Source of the DNA: an uncultured beta proteobacterium
GTDB lineage: Bacteria; Pseudomonadota; Gammaproteobacteria; Burkholderiales; SG8-41
Direction of reading: 5' to 3'
Assembly: GCA_902825845.1 (NCBI GenBank)
Contig: CADECM010000001.1
Location: forward strand, 98,831 to 162,830
DNA length: 64,000 nucleotides
A program made the translations under genes and the position numbers. Positions within the stretch are counted from its first letter, which is position 1; every line of letters starts with the position of its first letter. The notes under the pieces were generated by a model. The model had not been told where the DNA came from, did not search any database, and saw only the letters and a program-made list of their open reading frames with translations. Shown here piece after piece: positions 42,548-50,647 of the stretch.

Positions 42548-45500
42548 ATGAAGCCTGGCCGGCCCGATTTGGTGCGGCCAGTGGAAATCAGGCTGCGTAC
42601 GGCGGCAAAGGTGCTGGAAATGGACTGGCAGGATGGTTCGTCTTCAATTTGGGCGCATAGCGTGTTGCGAGAAAGCTGCCGGTGTGCCGGTTGCACGGCT
42701 GAGCGTCGCAGGGGCAAGGCAGTGGTGGCGGCGGCAGATATCATTCTAATCGAGGTAATGCCTTATGGTTCTGGTGCGTTGTGTTTCAGTTTCAGTGACG
42801 GACACAAGCGCGGCATATACCCATTTGAGTACCTGCGACAGTTGGCAGGCCGCAGCATTCCCAACGTTCCTACGGGTCCGGTAGCCACAGCGCGTGTTGA
42901 GGGGATTGCCATGATCGGCGATAATCCAAAACTTTTACACACATTGCGTGAAAACTTGATAGCACCTGTACGCACATCCCCAGCGCTTGCGCTTCGTTTC
43001 GGGTATTCATTTCTCGATTTGTACGATGGCGAGGCCTTGGCACGCCTTGATGCTACGTTCCTCGGCTACGTGGCGACGGCGGAAGCTGCGCTGCGAGATC
43101 GCGTCGTTTCCGCTCGTCAGGATAGCGCAGGACTCAGCGCAAAAATGGAGTCCGAGCTGCTACTGGCGCTAACGCCACATATTGATGCATTTCTCGGTGA
43201 ACTATTTGGCATTGAGAATGAAATCGCCACGCTGTCGGGTGCGCACCATGACTTGGCGCCGCTCTATTCCGTGAAGCGCTTGTTCGTCCAGCGTAAGGCC
43301 GCAAACAAATACAAGGGTGATGCCGCCCTTCAACTGGATGGTCCGGAACTTGCCGCGAGGCTGGCTCCGATGCTGGGAGATGCGCTCACTGAGTTGGGTT
43401 TTGCGAAAAAGGTCCTTGAGTGGCAGCAAGACGAGGCAGGACATGTTGAGCAGCTTGAATTGGCGCTGCAGTATGCGGCGTGGGCTTTGCTGACGCCGGC
43501 CGGACAGCGGAAACACCATGATGGCGTTTTGTTCAAGGCGCCGCATAAACTCGACGCGCAGCATCTGGTGCCGACCACAGTGGATACCAGGCAGGGTTAT
43601 TCCACGCATACCTTTCCGGTTGAAAAGTTGCGCCGGAGGGAAGGTTTCAAACTCACCGACAAGGGCGCCGATCTGACGGGCGCGCTGGATCAGGCAAATT
43701 ATTGCATCTGGTGTCATGAGCAAGGCAAGGATTCCTGTTCCAAGGGCCTGCTGGAAAAAGGCGCCACTGGCCGCGGCGTGGCTTCGTTCAAAAAGAGTCT
43801 GTTTGGCGTAACGCTCGCCGGGTGTCCGCTGGAAGAGAAGATTTCCGAGTTTCACAAGGCCAAGACCGCCGGTTATGCCATTGGCGCGCTGGCGATCATT
43901 ACGGTGGACAACCCGATGGCGGCCGCCACCGGACATCGCATCTGCAACGATTGCATGAAGGCCTGCATTTACCAGAAGCAGGAGCCGGTGGATATTCCGC
44001 AGGCGGAAACGCGCACGCTGAAGGACGTGCTGGGGTTGCCGTGGGGTTTTGAGATTTACAGCCTGCTGACGCGCTGGAATCCGCTGAATTTGCGCAACCC
44101 GTATCCGAAGGCGGCCAGCGGCAAGCGCGTGCTGATTGCGGGCATGGGGCCGGCGGGATTTGCGCTTGCGCACTATCTGATGAACGACGGGCACAGCGTG
44201 GTGGGCATCGATGGATTGAAGATCGAACCTTTGCCCGCGAATCTTTCTGGCGTGGATGCGGCGGGCCGGCGCGTGCCGTTCACGCCGATCCGCGATATTC
44301 GCGACTTGTATGAGCGGCTGGACGAGCGGGTGATGGCCGGTTTTGGCGGCGTGGCAGAATATGGCATTACCGTGCGATGGGACAAAAATTTCCTAAAAAT
44401 CATAAGGTTATTGCTGGAGCGCCGGTCACAGTTCGCGCTCTTCGGCGGCGTGCGTTTTGGCGGCACTGTCACTGCGGAAGACGCCTTTGCGATGGGATTC
44501 GACCACGTGTCTCTGGCGATCGGCGCGGGACGGCCGACGGTGCTGGACATGCCGAACGGGCTGGCACGCGGCGTGCGCACGGCCTCGGATTTCCTGATGG
44601 CACTGCAGCTCACCGGCGCTGCGCGCACCGATTCCATCGCCAATATGCAGTTGCGTCTGCCGGTGGTGGTGGTGGGCGGCGGGCTGACGGCGATCGACAC
44701 CGCCACCGAGTCGCTGGCGTACTATCCGCTGCAGGTCGAAAAATTTCTCAAGCGCTACGAAGCCATGGCGCGCGAGCACGGCGAAATGGCGGCGCGCCTT
44801 GCCTGGAACGAGGAAGAGCGCATTATCGCCGATGAATTTCTCGCGCATGCGCGCGCCCTGCGCGAGGAGCGTGCCCGGGCAGCCCCGGAAAATCGCGAGC
44901 CGCGAATCGCCGAACTGTTACAGGCGTGGGGAGGGGCGACCATTGCCTATCGCAAACGCCTGGTTGACAGCCCTTCTTACACACTGAATCACGAAGAGGT
45001 ACACAAGGCGCTCGAAGAAGGCATACGCTTTGCTGAAGGCTTGACGCCCACGGCGGTTGAAGTTGATTCTTATGGTCACGCCGCGGCGTTGAAGGTCGCG
45101 GCCGGCGAGCGTGCGTTCACGCTGCGCGCACGCACCATTCTGATTGCTGCCGGTACGCAGCCGAACACCGTGTTGGCGCGCGAGGATGCCGCCCACTTCA
45201 AACTCGACGGCCGCTATTTTCAGGCTGTGGATTCTGCAGGTAATCCGGCGTCGGCCGAGAAGGCAATCGCAAAGCCCAATGAAATCAATGTGTTACTGTC
45301 AAGGCTCGCAGATGGCCGCTGCATGAGTTATTTCGGTGACGTGCATCCATCGTTTTTTGGCAATGTGGTCAAGGCGATCGGCAGCGCGAAGCAGGGTCAT
45401 CCCGTGGTCAGCCGGGTTCTCGAGGCGGTTCGTCCCGCGGCGATCATCGATGATGAAGCCTTTTTCGCGCGTCTAAACGACGACTTGCGTGCCACGGTGC

Positions 45501-46468
45501 ACGAGGTGAAGCGTCTAACGGCGATGATTGTTGAAGTAGTGGTGCGAGCCCCGCTGGCCGCGCGTCGCTTTCAGCCGGGGCAGTTTTACCGCTTGCAGAA
45601 TTTTGAATCGATCGCGCCCCGTCTGGAAGGCACGCGGTTGGGTATGGAAGGCTTGGCGCTGACCGGCGCATGGGTGGACCGTGAACGCGGCCTTATTTCC
45701 ACCATTGTGCTGGAGATGGGCGGGTCCAGCGATCTGTGCCTGCTGTTGAAGCCGGGAGAGCCGGTGATTCTCATGGGGCCCACTGGTACGCCGACGGAAA
45801 TCCCCGCAAACGAGACCGTTGCGCTGGTGGGCGGTGGACTGGGCAATGCGGTGCTGTTTTCCATTGGGCAGGCCATGCGCAAGGCGGGCAACAAGGTACT
45901 GTATTTTGCCGGCTACAAAAAAATGACCGACCGCTACAAAATCGAGGAAATTGAAGCCGCGGCCGATGTGGTGGTGTGGTGCTGTGACGACGAACCGGGC
46001 TTCACACCGACGCGAGCGCAGGACAAGACGTTTGTGGGGAATATCGTGCAGTGCATGCATGCCTATGCGATAGGCGATCTCGGTGTACAACCGATCCCAC
46101 TGCGGAATGCCGATCGCATTATCGCCATCGGCTCGGACCGCATGATGGCAGCGGTGGCGCGCGCGCGTCACGACATCCTGAAGCCGTTCGTCAAGCCGCA
46201 TCATTTCGCGATCGGTTCCATCAATTCGCCGATGCAGTGCATGATGAAGGAAATCTGCGCGCAATGCCTGCAGGCGCATGTGGATCCGGCAAGCGGCAAG
46301 ACAAGTTATGTGTTCTCGTGTTTTAATCAGGATCAACCGCTCGATCAAGTGGATTGGAGTGGTCTGAATCAGCGTTTGCGGCAGAACGCCGTGCAGGAAA
46401 AACTAACCGCGGAATGGCTGGATTATTGTCTGATCAAATCAGGCGCGCGCGAGATGCAGCGAATTTAG
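42548..46468 (+). CDS. 1306-aa multidomain oxidoreductase: DUF971 (GBBH-like N) + unknown ~270-aa region + GltD/NfnB-like FeS/FAD/NAD(P) module + PyrK/NfnA-like FNR module with C-terminal [2Fe-2S] motif
   Basis: aa 44-49 CRCAGC plus His86 (DUF971 Zn site). Cys386/389/397/426/466/469/473 with GCPLEEKI (GltD-type). GMGPAG (aa 532-537) and GGGLTA (aa 710-715) Rossmann motifs. FQPGQFYRL and LVGGGLGNA (FNR-like). C1231-x5-C-x2-C-x17-C1258. Confidence 0.75.
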   Translation: MKPGRPDLVRPVEIRLRTAAKVLEMDWQDGSSSIWAHSVLRESCRCAGCTAERRRGKAVVAAADIILIEVMPYGSGALCFSFSDGHKRGIYPFEYLRQLAGRSIPNVPTGPVATARVEGIAMIGDNPKLLHTLRENLIAPVRTSPALALRFGYSFLDLYDGEALARLDATFLGYVATAEAALRDRVVSARQDSAGLSAKMESELLLALTPHIDAFLGELFGIENEIATLSGAHHDLAPLYSVKRLFVQRKAANKYKGDAALQLDGPELAARLAPMLGDALTELGFAKKVLEWQQDEAGHVEQLELALQYAAWALLTPAGQRKHHDGVLFKAPHKLDAQHLVPTTVDTRQGYSTHTFPVEKLRRREGFKLTDKGADLTGALDQANYCIWCHEQGKDSCSKGLLEKGATGRGVASFKKSLFGVTLAGCPLEEKISEFHKAKTAGYAIGALAIITVDNPMAAATGHRICNDCMKACIYQKQEPVDIPQAETRTLKDVLGLPWGFEIYSLLTRWNPLNLRNPYPKAASGKRVLIAGMGPAGFALAHYLMNDGHSVVGIDGLKIEPLPANLSGVDAAGRRVPFTPIRDIRDLYERLDERVMAGFGGVAEYGITVRWDKNFLKIIRLLLERRSQFALFGGVRFGGTVTAEDAFAMGFDHVSLAIGAGRPTVLDMPNGLARGVRTASDFLMALQLTGAARTDSIANMQLRLPVVVVGGGLTAIDTATESLAYYPLQVEKFLKRYEAMAREHGEMAARLAWNEEERIIADEFLAHARALREERARAAPENREPRIAELLQAWGGATIAYRKRLVDSPSYTLNHEEVHKALEEGIRFAEGLTPTAVEVDSYGHAAALKVAAGERAFTLRARTILIAAGTQPNTVLAREDAAHFKLDGRYFQAVDSAGNPASAEKAIAKPNEINVLLSRLADGRCMSYFGDVHPSFFGNVVKAIGSAKQGHPVVSRVLEAVRPAAIIDDEAFFARLNDDLRATVHEVKRLTAMIVEVVVRAPLAARRFQPGQFYRLQNFESIAPRLEGTRLGMEGLALTGAWVDRERGLISTIVLEMGGSSDLCLLLKPGEPVILMGPTGTPTEIPANETVALVGGGLGNAVLFSIGQAMRKAGNKVLYFAGYKKMTDRYKIEEIEAAADVVVWCCDDEPGFTPTRAQDKTFVGNIVQCMHAYAIGDLGVQPIPLRNADRIIAIGSDRMMAAVARARHDILKPFVKPHHFAIGSINSPMQCMMKEICAQCLQAHVDPASGKTSYVFSCFNQDQPLDQVDWSGLNQRLRQNAVQEKLTAEWLDYCLIKSGAREMQRI

Positions 46469-46515
46469 GATGGCTGCCATGCGCTGTGTGCGTGGCGTAC
46501 CTCTCGATGCTCAGC

Positions 46516-46527
46516 TGTTGTACAACA
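46516..46527. promoter_or_regulatory. 12-bp perfect palindrome upstream of the LLM monooxygenase gene
   Basis: TGTTGTACAACA lies 19 bp upstream of ATG 46546, in the only sizeable (77-bp) intergenic gap of the operon. Confidence 0.35.
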
Positions 46528-46545
46528 ACCTGTTAAGGCGATGAC

Positions 46546-47634
46546 ATGAACCTTGGCTTTTTTACCATGCCCATCCATCCGCCGGAGCGCAACTACACGC
46601 AAACGCTGAAGGAGGATCGCGAGGCCATTCTGTTGGCTGACAAATTGGGCTACAGCGATGCCTTCATTGGCGAGCACACGACGGATATCTGCGAAAATAT
46701 CCCATCGTGTCTCGCGTTTATCGCAAGTCTTGCGCACGAAACGCGACAGATCAAGCTGGGCAGCGGCACTGTAAACCTTCCGAACGGTCATCCGGCCGCC
46801 ATCGCAGCGAACGTTGCAATGGTCGATCACATGCTGGAAGGGCGCTTCCTGTTCGGAATTGGGCCAGGCGGCTTGCGTTCGGATCAGGAAGTGTTCGGCA
46901 ATATCAAGAACGACCGCACGCGAATGTTCGTCGAGTCAATCGATCAGATTCTCGCTATTTGGGACGGCAAGCCGCCTTACGACATCAAGGGCGAATTCTG
47001 GAACATCAGCACGGGTGAAACCATGATCCCCGAAGTGGGGCAGGGGGTGATGCTGAAACCGTACCAGCAACCGCATCCGCCGATCGTCGTCACCGTGGTC
47101 GAACCCTTTTCCAAGGGCGTTGCGGCTGCGGCGCAGCGTGGCTGGAAACCCATTTCGGCCAACTTTCTGCAGCCCAACTGGGTGAAAACGCATTTCACCA
47201 GCTATCAGCAGGGCTGTGAAATTGCCGGGCTGTCGGCCAAGCGCGAGGATTGGCGCGTCTGCAAAAGCATCTTTGTCGCCGATGACGATGCCACAGCAAT
47301 GCGCTACGCCAAGACGCTCGAGGGGCCTTACGGTTTTTATTTCTGGAACTTGCTGACCAAGCGCAAGGCGCGTGGCGCAGCGAACATCTACAAACCCGAT
47401 CTGGCGATGCCTGATGAGGCAGTAACGGTGCAATTTGTGCTGGATACACTGGTTATCGCGGGCAGTGTCAATTCCGTTGTGGATCAGTTGCTGAAGTTTC
47501 GCGAGACCACCGGTGACTTTGGCACTTTGCTATATTGCGGACATGACTGGGTGGATCCGACGCTGGCACGGCGATCCATGCAACTCATGGCGGAACAGGT
47601 AATGCCGCGCGTGAATGCGGCGATTCATGCGTAA
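46546..47634 (+). CDS. LLM-class (luciferase-like) flavin-dependent monooxygenase, LimB-like subgroup
   Basis: 362 aa. MNLGFFTMPIHPP...GYSDAFIGEHTTD...KLGSGTVNLPNGHPAAIAANVAMVDHMLEGRFLFGIGPGG is typical of the bacterial luciferase family. Confidence 0.82.
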   Translation: MNLGFFTMPIHPPERNYTQTLKEDREAILLADKLGYSDAFIGEHTTDICENIPSCLAFIASLAHETRQIKLGSGTVNLPNGHPAAIAANVAMVDHMLEGRFLFGIGPGGLRSDQEVFGNIKNDRTRMFVESIDQILAIWDGKPPYDIKGEFWNISTGETMIPEVGQGVMLKPYQQPHPPIVVTVVEPFSKGVAAAAQRGWKPISANFLQPNWVKTHFTSYQQGCEIAGLSAKREDWRVCKSIFVADDDATAMRYAKTLEGPYGFYFWNLLTKRKARGAANIYKPDLAMPDEAVTVQFVLDTLVIAGSVNSVVDQLLKFRETTGDFGTLLYCGHDWVDPTLARRSMQLMAEQVMPRVNAAIHA

Positions 47635-47653
47635 GGGCCATGACAGCGGTGTG

Positions 47654-47679
47654 AAAAAAGGAGGCATGCGCCTCCTTTT
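47654..47679. terminator. bidirectional intrinsic terminator
   Basis: AAAAAAGGAGGC-atgc-GCCTCCTTTT: a GC-rich stem flanked by an A-run and a T-run, between the convergent LLM gene and the small lipoprotein gene. Confidence 0.75.
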
Positions 47680-47696
47680 CTATGCTGTCACCCGCC

Positions 47697-47834
47697 TCAA
47701 TCATCGAGGACGTCAACCTGGGTGCCAAACGGGCCGGAATCATGTGCTGCGGTACCCTGCATATCACCCATGCTGGCGCAACCTGCGAGGAGTGCCAGCA
47801 ACAAGGCCAGGATTGTGTGGGCAAGATTTTTCAT
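47697..47834 (-). CDS. small (45-aa) putative lipoprotein, absent from the ORF track
   Basis: The minus strand translates to MKNLAHTILALLLALLAGCASMGDMQGTAAHDSGPFGTQVDVLDD. Lipobox LLAGC. AGGAG 6 nt upstream of the ATG. A terminator follows the stop. Confidence 0.55.
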   Translation of the reverse strand: MKNLAHTILALLLALLAGCASMGDMQGTAAHDSGPFGTQVDVLDD

Positions 47835-48132
47835 AAACTACTCCTGAATAAAGGATTGATTCAATTAGGGTAAGGAAATGTTTAGTGTGCTGAGTCCGAT
47901 GCACCGTTTGTCCCTTGGGATGCACTTGTAGTCAGCGCAGTTAGTATACGTAAAAAATACTAAGTAGCAATACGTATTTATGATTTTGGTTGACCTGAGG
48001 CGTGACCAGTTGCGATGCCTCCTCCTATCAGAGGGGAACGCGACAAGCCAGCCCATGAACCCTAGTGAGGTAAATGGCGTTATTACCTGAAAATGTTGCG
48101 CCGGCTGTTTCCAATCATGCCAAATGTCCCGT

Positions 48133-48993
48133 TCACTTTTCCCAGACACCCGGATTACGTTGCGCCGCAGCGCAACGCCATGCGCGCCGTGCGAAGAACA
48201 ATGCATCCTTGCTGGCAGGGTCGCGCGCCTGCCAAGTGGTCGCCAGACTCGATAATGCTTCGCATTTGCCCGAGGCAAACAGTGATGCTGCGCGCACAAA
48301 CGCGGGCTGTGCATCGCCCCGTCGCTTCCAGAATGGCGTTTGCAGCTCATCCGAGGTACGTCCCGCGCGATTCTTCATGAGCGTGCTCACCCATTCGACA
48401 GGTACGGCAAAGTGAAACGGGCCTCCCGCAAGGCATTTGAACGTAAGGACACCAACCAGTTTGTCGTCGCGATCAAACAGCCCCCCGCCACTCTTGCCGG
48501 GACTGAACGTTGCCGACCCCTGGACGACGCGCCCGCGACCTTTGTAGGTGAATAACCCCTCGATGTGACCCTGGGTGACCGACATGTCGGCCCCCTTTGC
48601 AAATCCGATGGCGACGATGGTGTCGCCTTCCTTTTTCGAAGTGGTGTCCCCGAAGGCTACGACGGTGCCCGTGAGACCGGGAACATGAAGCAGGCATACA
48701 TCGCGTTCTATGTCCGCGCGTATCAGTTGCCCGCGCTCAGGTACAAGTCGGGTGATTACCCGAATGTCCCACGCGTCACGCACGACATGGCAGTTGGTTA
48801 CCAACGTTGCCTGAGCAACCAGCACGGCGGAACCGTAGCGCGTTTGTCCACCGGCGTCGTGCGCTTCAAGACGAAAGATGCTGTCAGCGAGGCGTGTCAA
48901 CGCAGGTTCTCCCGCGGCGTGACCAGGCGCGCACGACATTGCGGCACAGGCAAAAGCCAGCGAGAAAAACCATCGGGCGGCCAGATTCAGCAT
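48133..48993 (-). CDS. secreted trypsin-like (S1 family) serine protease
   Basis: Signal peptide. Catalytic contexts TNCHVV (His), ERDVCLL (Asp) and PGKSGGGLF (Ser). ~85-aa C-terminal extension. Confidence 0.8.
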   Translation of the reverse strand: MLNLAARWFFSLAFACAAMSCAPGHAAGEPALTRLADSIFRLEAHDAGGQTRYGSAVLVAQATLVTNCHVVRDAWDIRVITRLVPERGQLIRADIERDVCLLHVPGLTGTVVAFGDTTSKKEGDTIVAIGFAKGADMSVTQGHIEGLFTYKGRGRVVQGSATFSPGKSGGGLFDRDDKLVGVLTFKCLAGGPFHFAVPVEWVSTLMKNRAGRTSDELQTPFWKRRGDAQPAFVRAASLFASGKCEALSSLATTWQARDPASKDALFFARRAWRCAAAQRNPGVWEK

Positions 48994-49112
48994 GCCGATA
49001 GCATGCGCTACTCTCGCGGCGCGCGGCTATAAGTAAGACTGCCTACAGAGTGCCCACGGTGCAGGCGGGACTGTGCCGATATGACGTAAGATATTGATTA
49101 TACGTAATTTAT

Positions 49113-50555
49113 TTAAACGGCAAAGTGATCAACAAACTCGTGCACCGGGGTGTCCTCCAGCTTTTTCTGGTCTTTGCACAAGTTGTAAATGGTCGTGCGC
49201 TGCTTGTCCGCAAAGCGCCGCGCCAGATTGGTTCTGAATTTCGCCTCGAGCAGCGGAATCCCGTCCTTGCGCCGGCGGCGATGGCCGATGGGATATTCGA
49301 CGGCGACATTGGCGGTCTTGCTGCCATCCTTGAAGAACACCTGCAAGGCATTGGCAATGGAACGCTTTTTCGGATCGAGATAATCGCGGGTCCACGGTTT
49401 GTGCTCCACGCACACCATTTTGTTGCGCAGCGCATCCACGCGTGGATCGCGCGCAACCGCTTCTTCGTAATCCGCGGCCGTCAGATTGCCCTTGATCAGA
49501 CCGATCGCGCACATGTATTGGATGCAGTGATCGCGATCGGCGGGATTGTTGAGTGGCCCGCTCTTGTCGATGATGCGTATCGCCGACTCGTGCGTGGTGA
49601 TGACAACCTGCTTGATGTCATGCAAGCGGTCTTTAACCTCGGGATGCAGTCTGACGGCGCACTCCACGGCAGTCTGCGCATGAAACTCCGCAGGAAATGA
49701 AATCTTGAACAATACGTTTTCCATGACATACGCCGCGTACGGCTGCTTCAGCACAAAGGGCTGCCCCTTGAACAGCACGTCATAAAAGCCCCAGGTTTTG
49801 GCTGTCAGTGCCGTGGGGTAACCCATTTCGCCTCGCTGCGCCATCAGCGCCAAGCGCACGCCGCGGCTGGTTGCGTCTCCGGCGGCCCACGACTTGCGCG
49901 AGCCGGCCTGCGGCGCATGGCGATAGGCGCGCAGCGACTGGCCATCGATCCATGCATTCGATACTGCATTGACGATTTCGTCATGGCTGCAGCCAAGCAT
50001 ATGGGCAACCACCGCAGTCGTGGCCACCTTGACCAGCACCACGTGATCGAGTCCCACGCGATTGAAACTGTTTTCAAGTGCAATCACGCCCTGAATTTCG
50101 TGCGCCTTGATCATGGCAGTAAGCACTTCGCGCATGGTCAGCGGTTTCCTGCCCGCGGCAACTGCGTTGCGCGACAACCAGTCTGCCACGGCCAGAATGC
50201 CGCCCATATTGTCCGAGGGGTGGCCCCATTCCGCGGCCAGCCATGTGTCATTAAAATCCAGCCAGCGGATCATGCAGCCGATGTTGAACGCGGCCATTAC
50301 GGGATCGAGCTGGTATGACGTGCCGGGCACTTTTGCGCCATTGGGCACGATGGTGCCTGGGACAATGGGCCCCATCAGCTTGGTGCACGCGGGGTAGGTC
50401 AGCGCTTCAAGCCCGCAGCCGAGGGTATCCATCAGGCACAACCGCGCGGTGTTGTAGGCCTCGGCACTGCGGATCGTATATTTCGCGGCGTAATTCGCGA
50501 TGTCGGTGATGACTTTGTCGGGTTTGGTGCGGGTGTTGGAGATGGCGGCGGTCAT
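49113..50555 (-). CDS. prpD: 2-methylcitrate dehydratase
   Basis: 480 aa. Near-colinear high similarity to E. coli PrpD as I recall it ([31 protein letters not shown]). Confidence 0.93.
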   Translation of the reverse strand: MTAAISNTRTKPDKVITDIANYAAKYTIRSAEAYNTARLCLMDTLGCGLEALTYPACTKLMGPIVPGTIVPNGAKVPGTSYQLDPVMAAFNIGCMIRWLDFNDTWLAAEWGHPSDNMGGILAVADWLSRNAVAAGRKPLTMREVLTAMIKAHEIQGVIALENSFNRVGLDHVVLVKVATTAVVAHMLGCSHDEIVNAVSNAWIDGQSLRAYRHAPQAGSRKSWAAGDATSRGVRLALMAQRGEMGYPTALTAKTWGFYDVLFKGQPFVLKQPYAAYVMENVLFKISFPAEFHAQTAVECAVRLHPEVKDRLHDIKQVVITTHESAIRIIDKSGPLNNPADRDHCIQYMCAIGLIKGNLTAADYEEAVARDPRVDALRNKMVCVEHKPWTRDYLDPKKRSIANALQVFFKDGSKTANVAVEYPIGHRRRRKDGIPLLEAKFRTNLARRFADKQRTTIYNLCKDQKKLEDTPVHEFVDHFAV

Positions 50556-50572
50556 GGTTTCTTTTGAAAGGC

Positions 50573-50647
50573 GTGAACGAGTGAACGGGTGAACGAGTGA
50601 ACGGGTGGGGTGTGCGATGTTACTCGTTCACCCGTTCACTTGTTCAC
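50573..50647. repeat. octamer-periodic hairpin repeat (GTGAACGR x4, loop, inverted YCGTTCAC x3)
   Basis: GTGAACGA GTGAACGG GTGAACGA GTGAACGG ... CTCGTTCAC CCGTTCAC TTGTTCAC, in the prpC-prpD spacer. The prpC stop codon lies in the last unit. Confidence 0.8.

Noticed and set aside
43202-46348. 330-aa and 277-aa minus-strand ORFs inside the giant oxidoreductase gene
   Set aside because: Both are antisense shadow ORFs. The plus-strand frame is continuous with coherent domain motifs over 1306 aa.
47585-47873. ORF-track candidates 47682..47873 (+) and 47585..47824 (-)
   Set aside because: Neither has an RBS or a recognisable signal. The 45-aa minus-strand frame 47697-47834, with RBS, lipobox and terminator, explains this locus better.
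47865-48350. 161-aa minus-strand ORF
   Set aside because: It is out of frame with the 3' end of the trypsin-like protease gene and overlaps it. It extends into an A/T-rich promoter-like region with no coding features.
34565-49112. Accessory region as a mobile genomic island
   Set aside because: No integrase, transposase, tRNA attachment site or obvious flanking direct repeats are visible, so mobility cannot be supported from this sequence.
50573-50647. Possibility that the tandem 8-mers are a CRISPR array or coding repeat
   Set aside because: The units are contiguous with no spacers, are only 8 bp long, and are paired with an inverted set that forms a hairpin. There are no cas genes.
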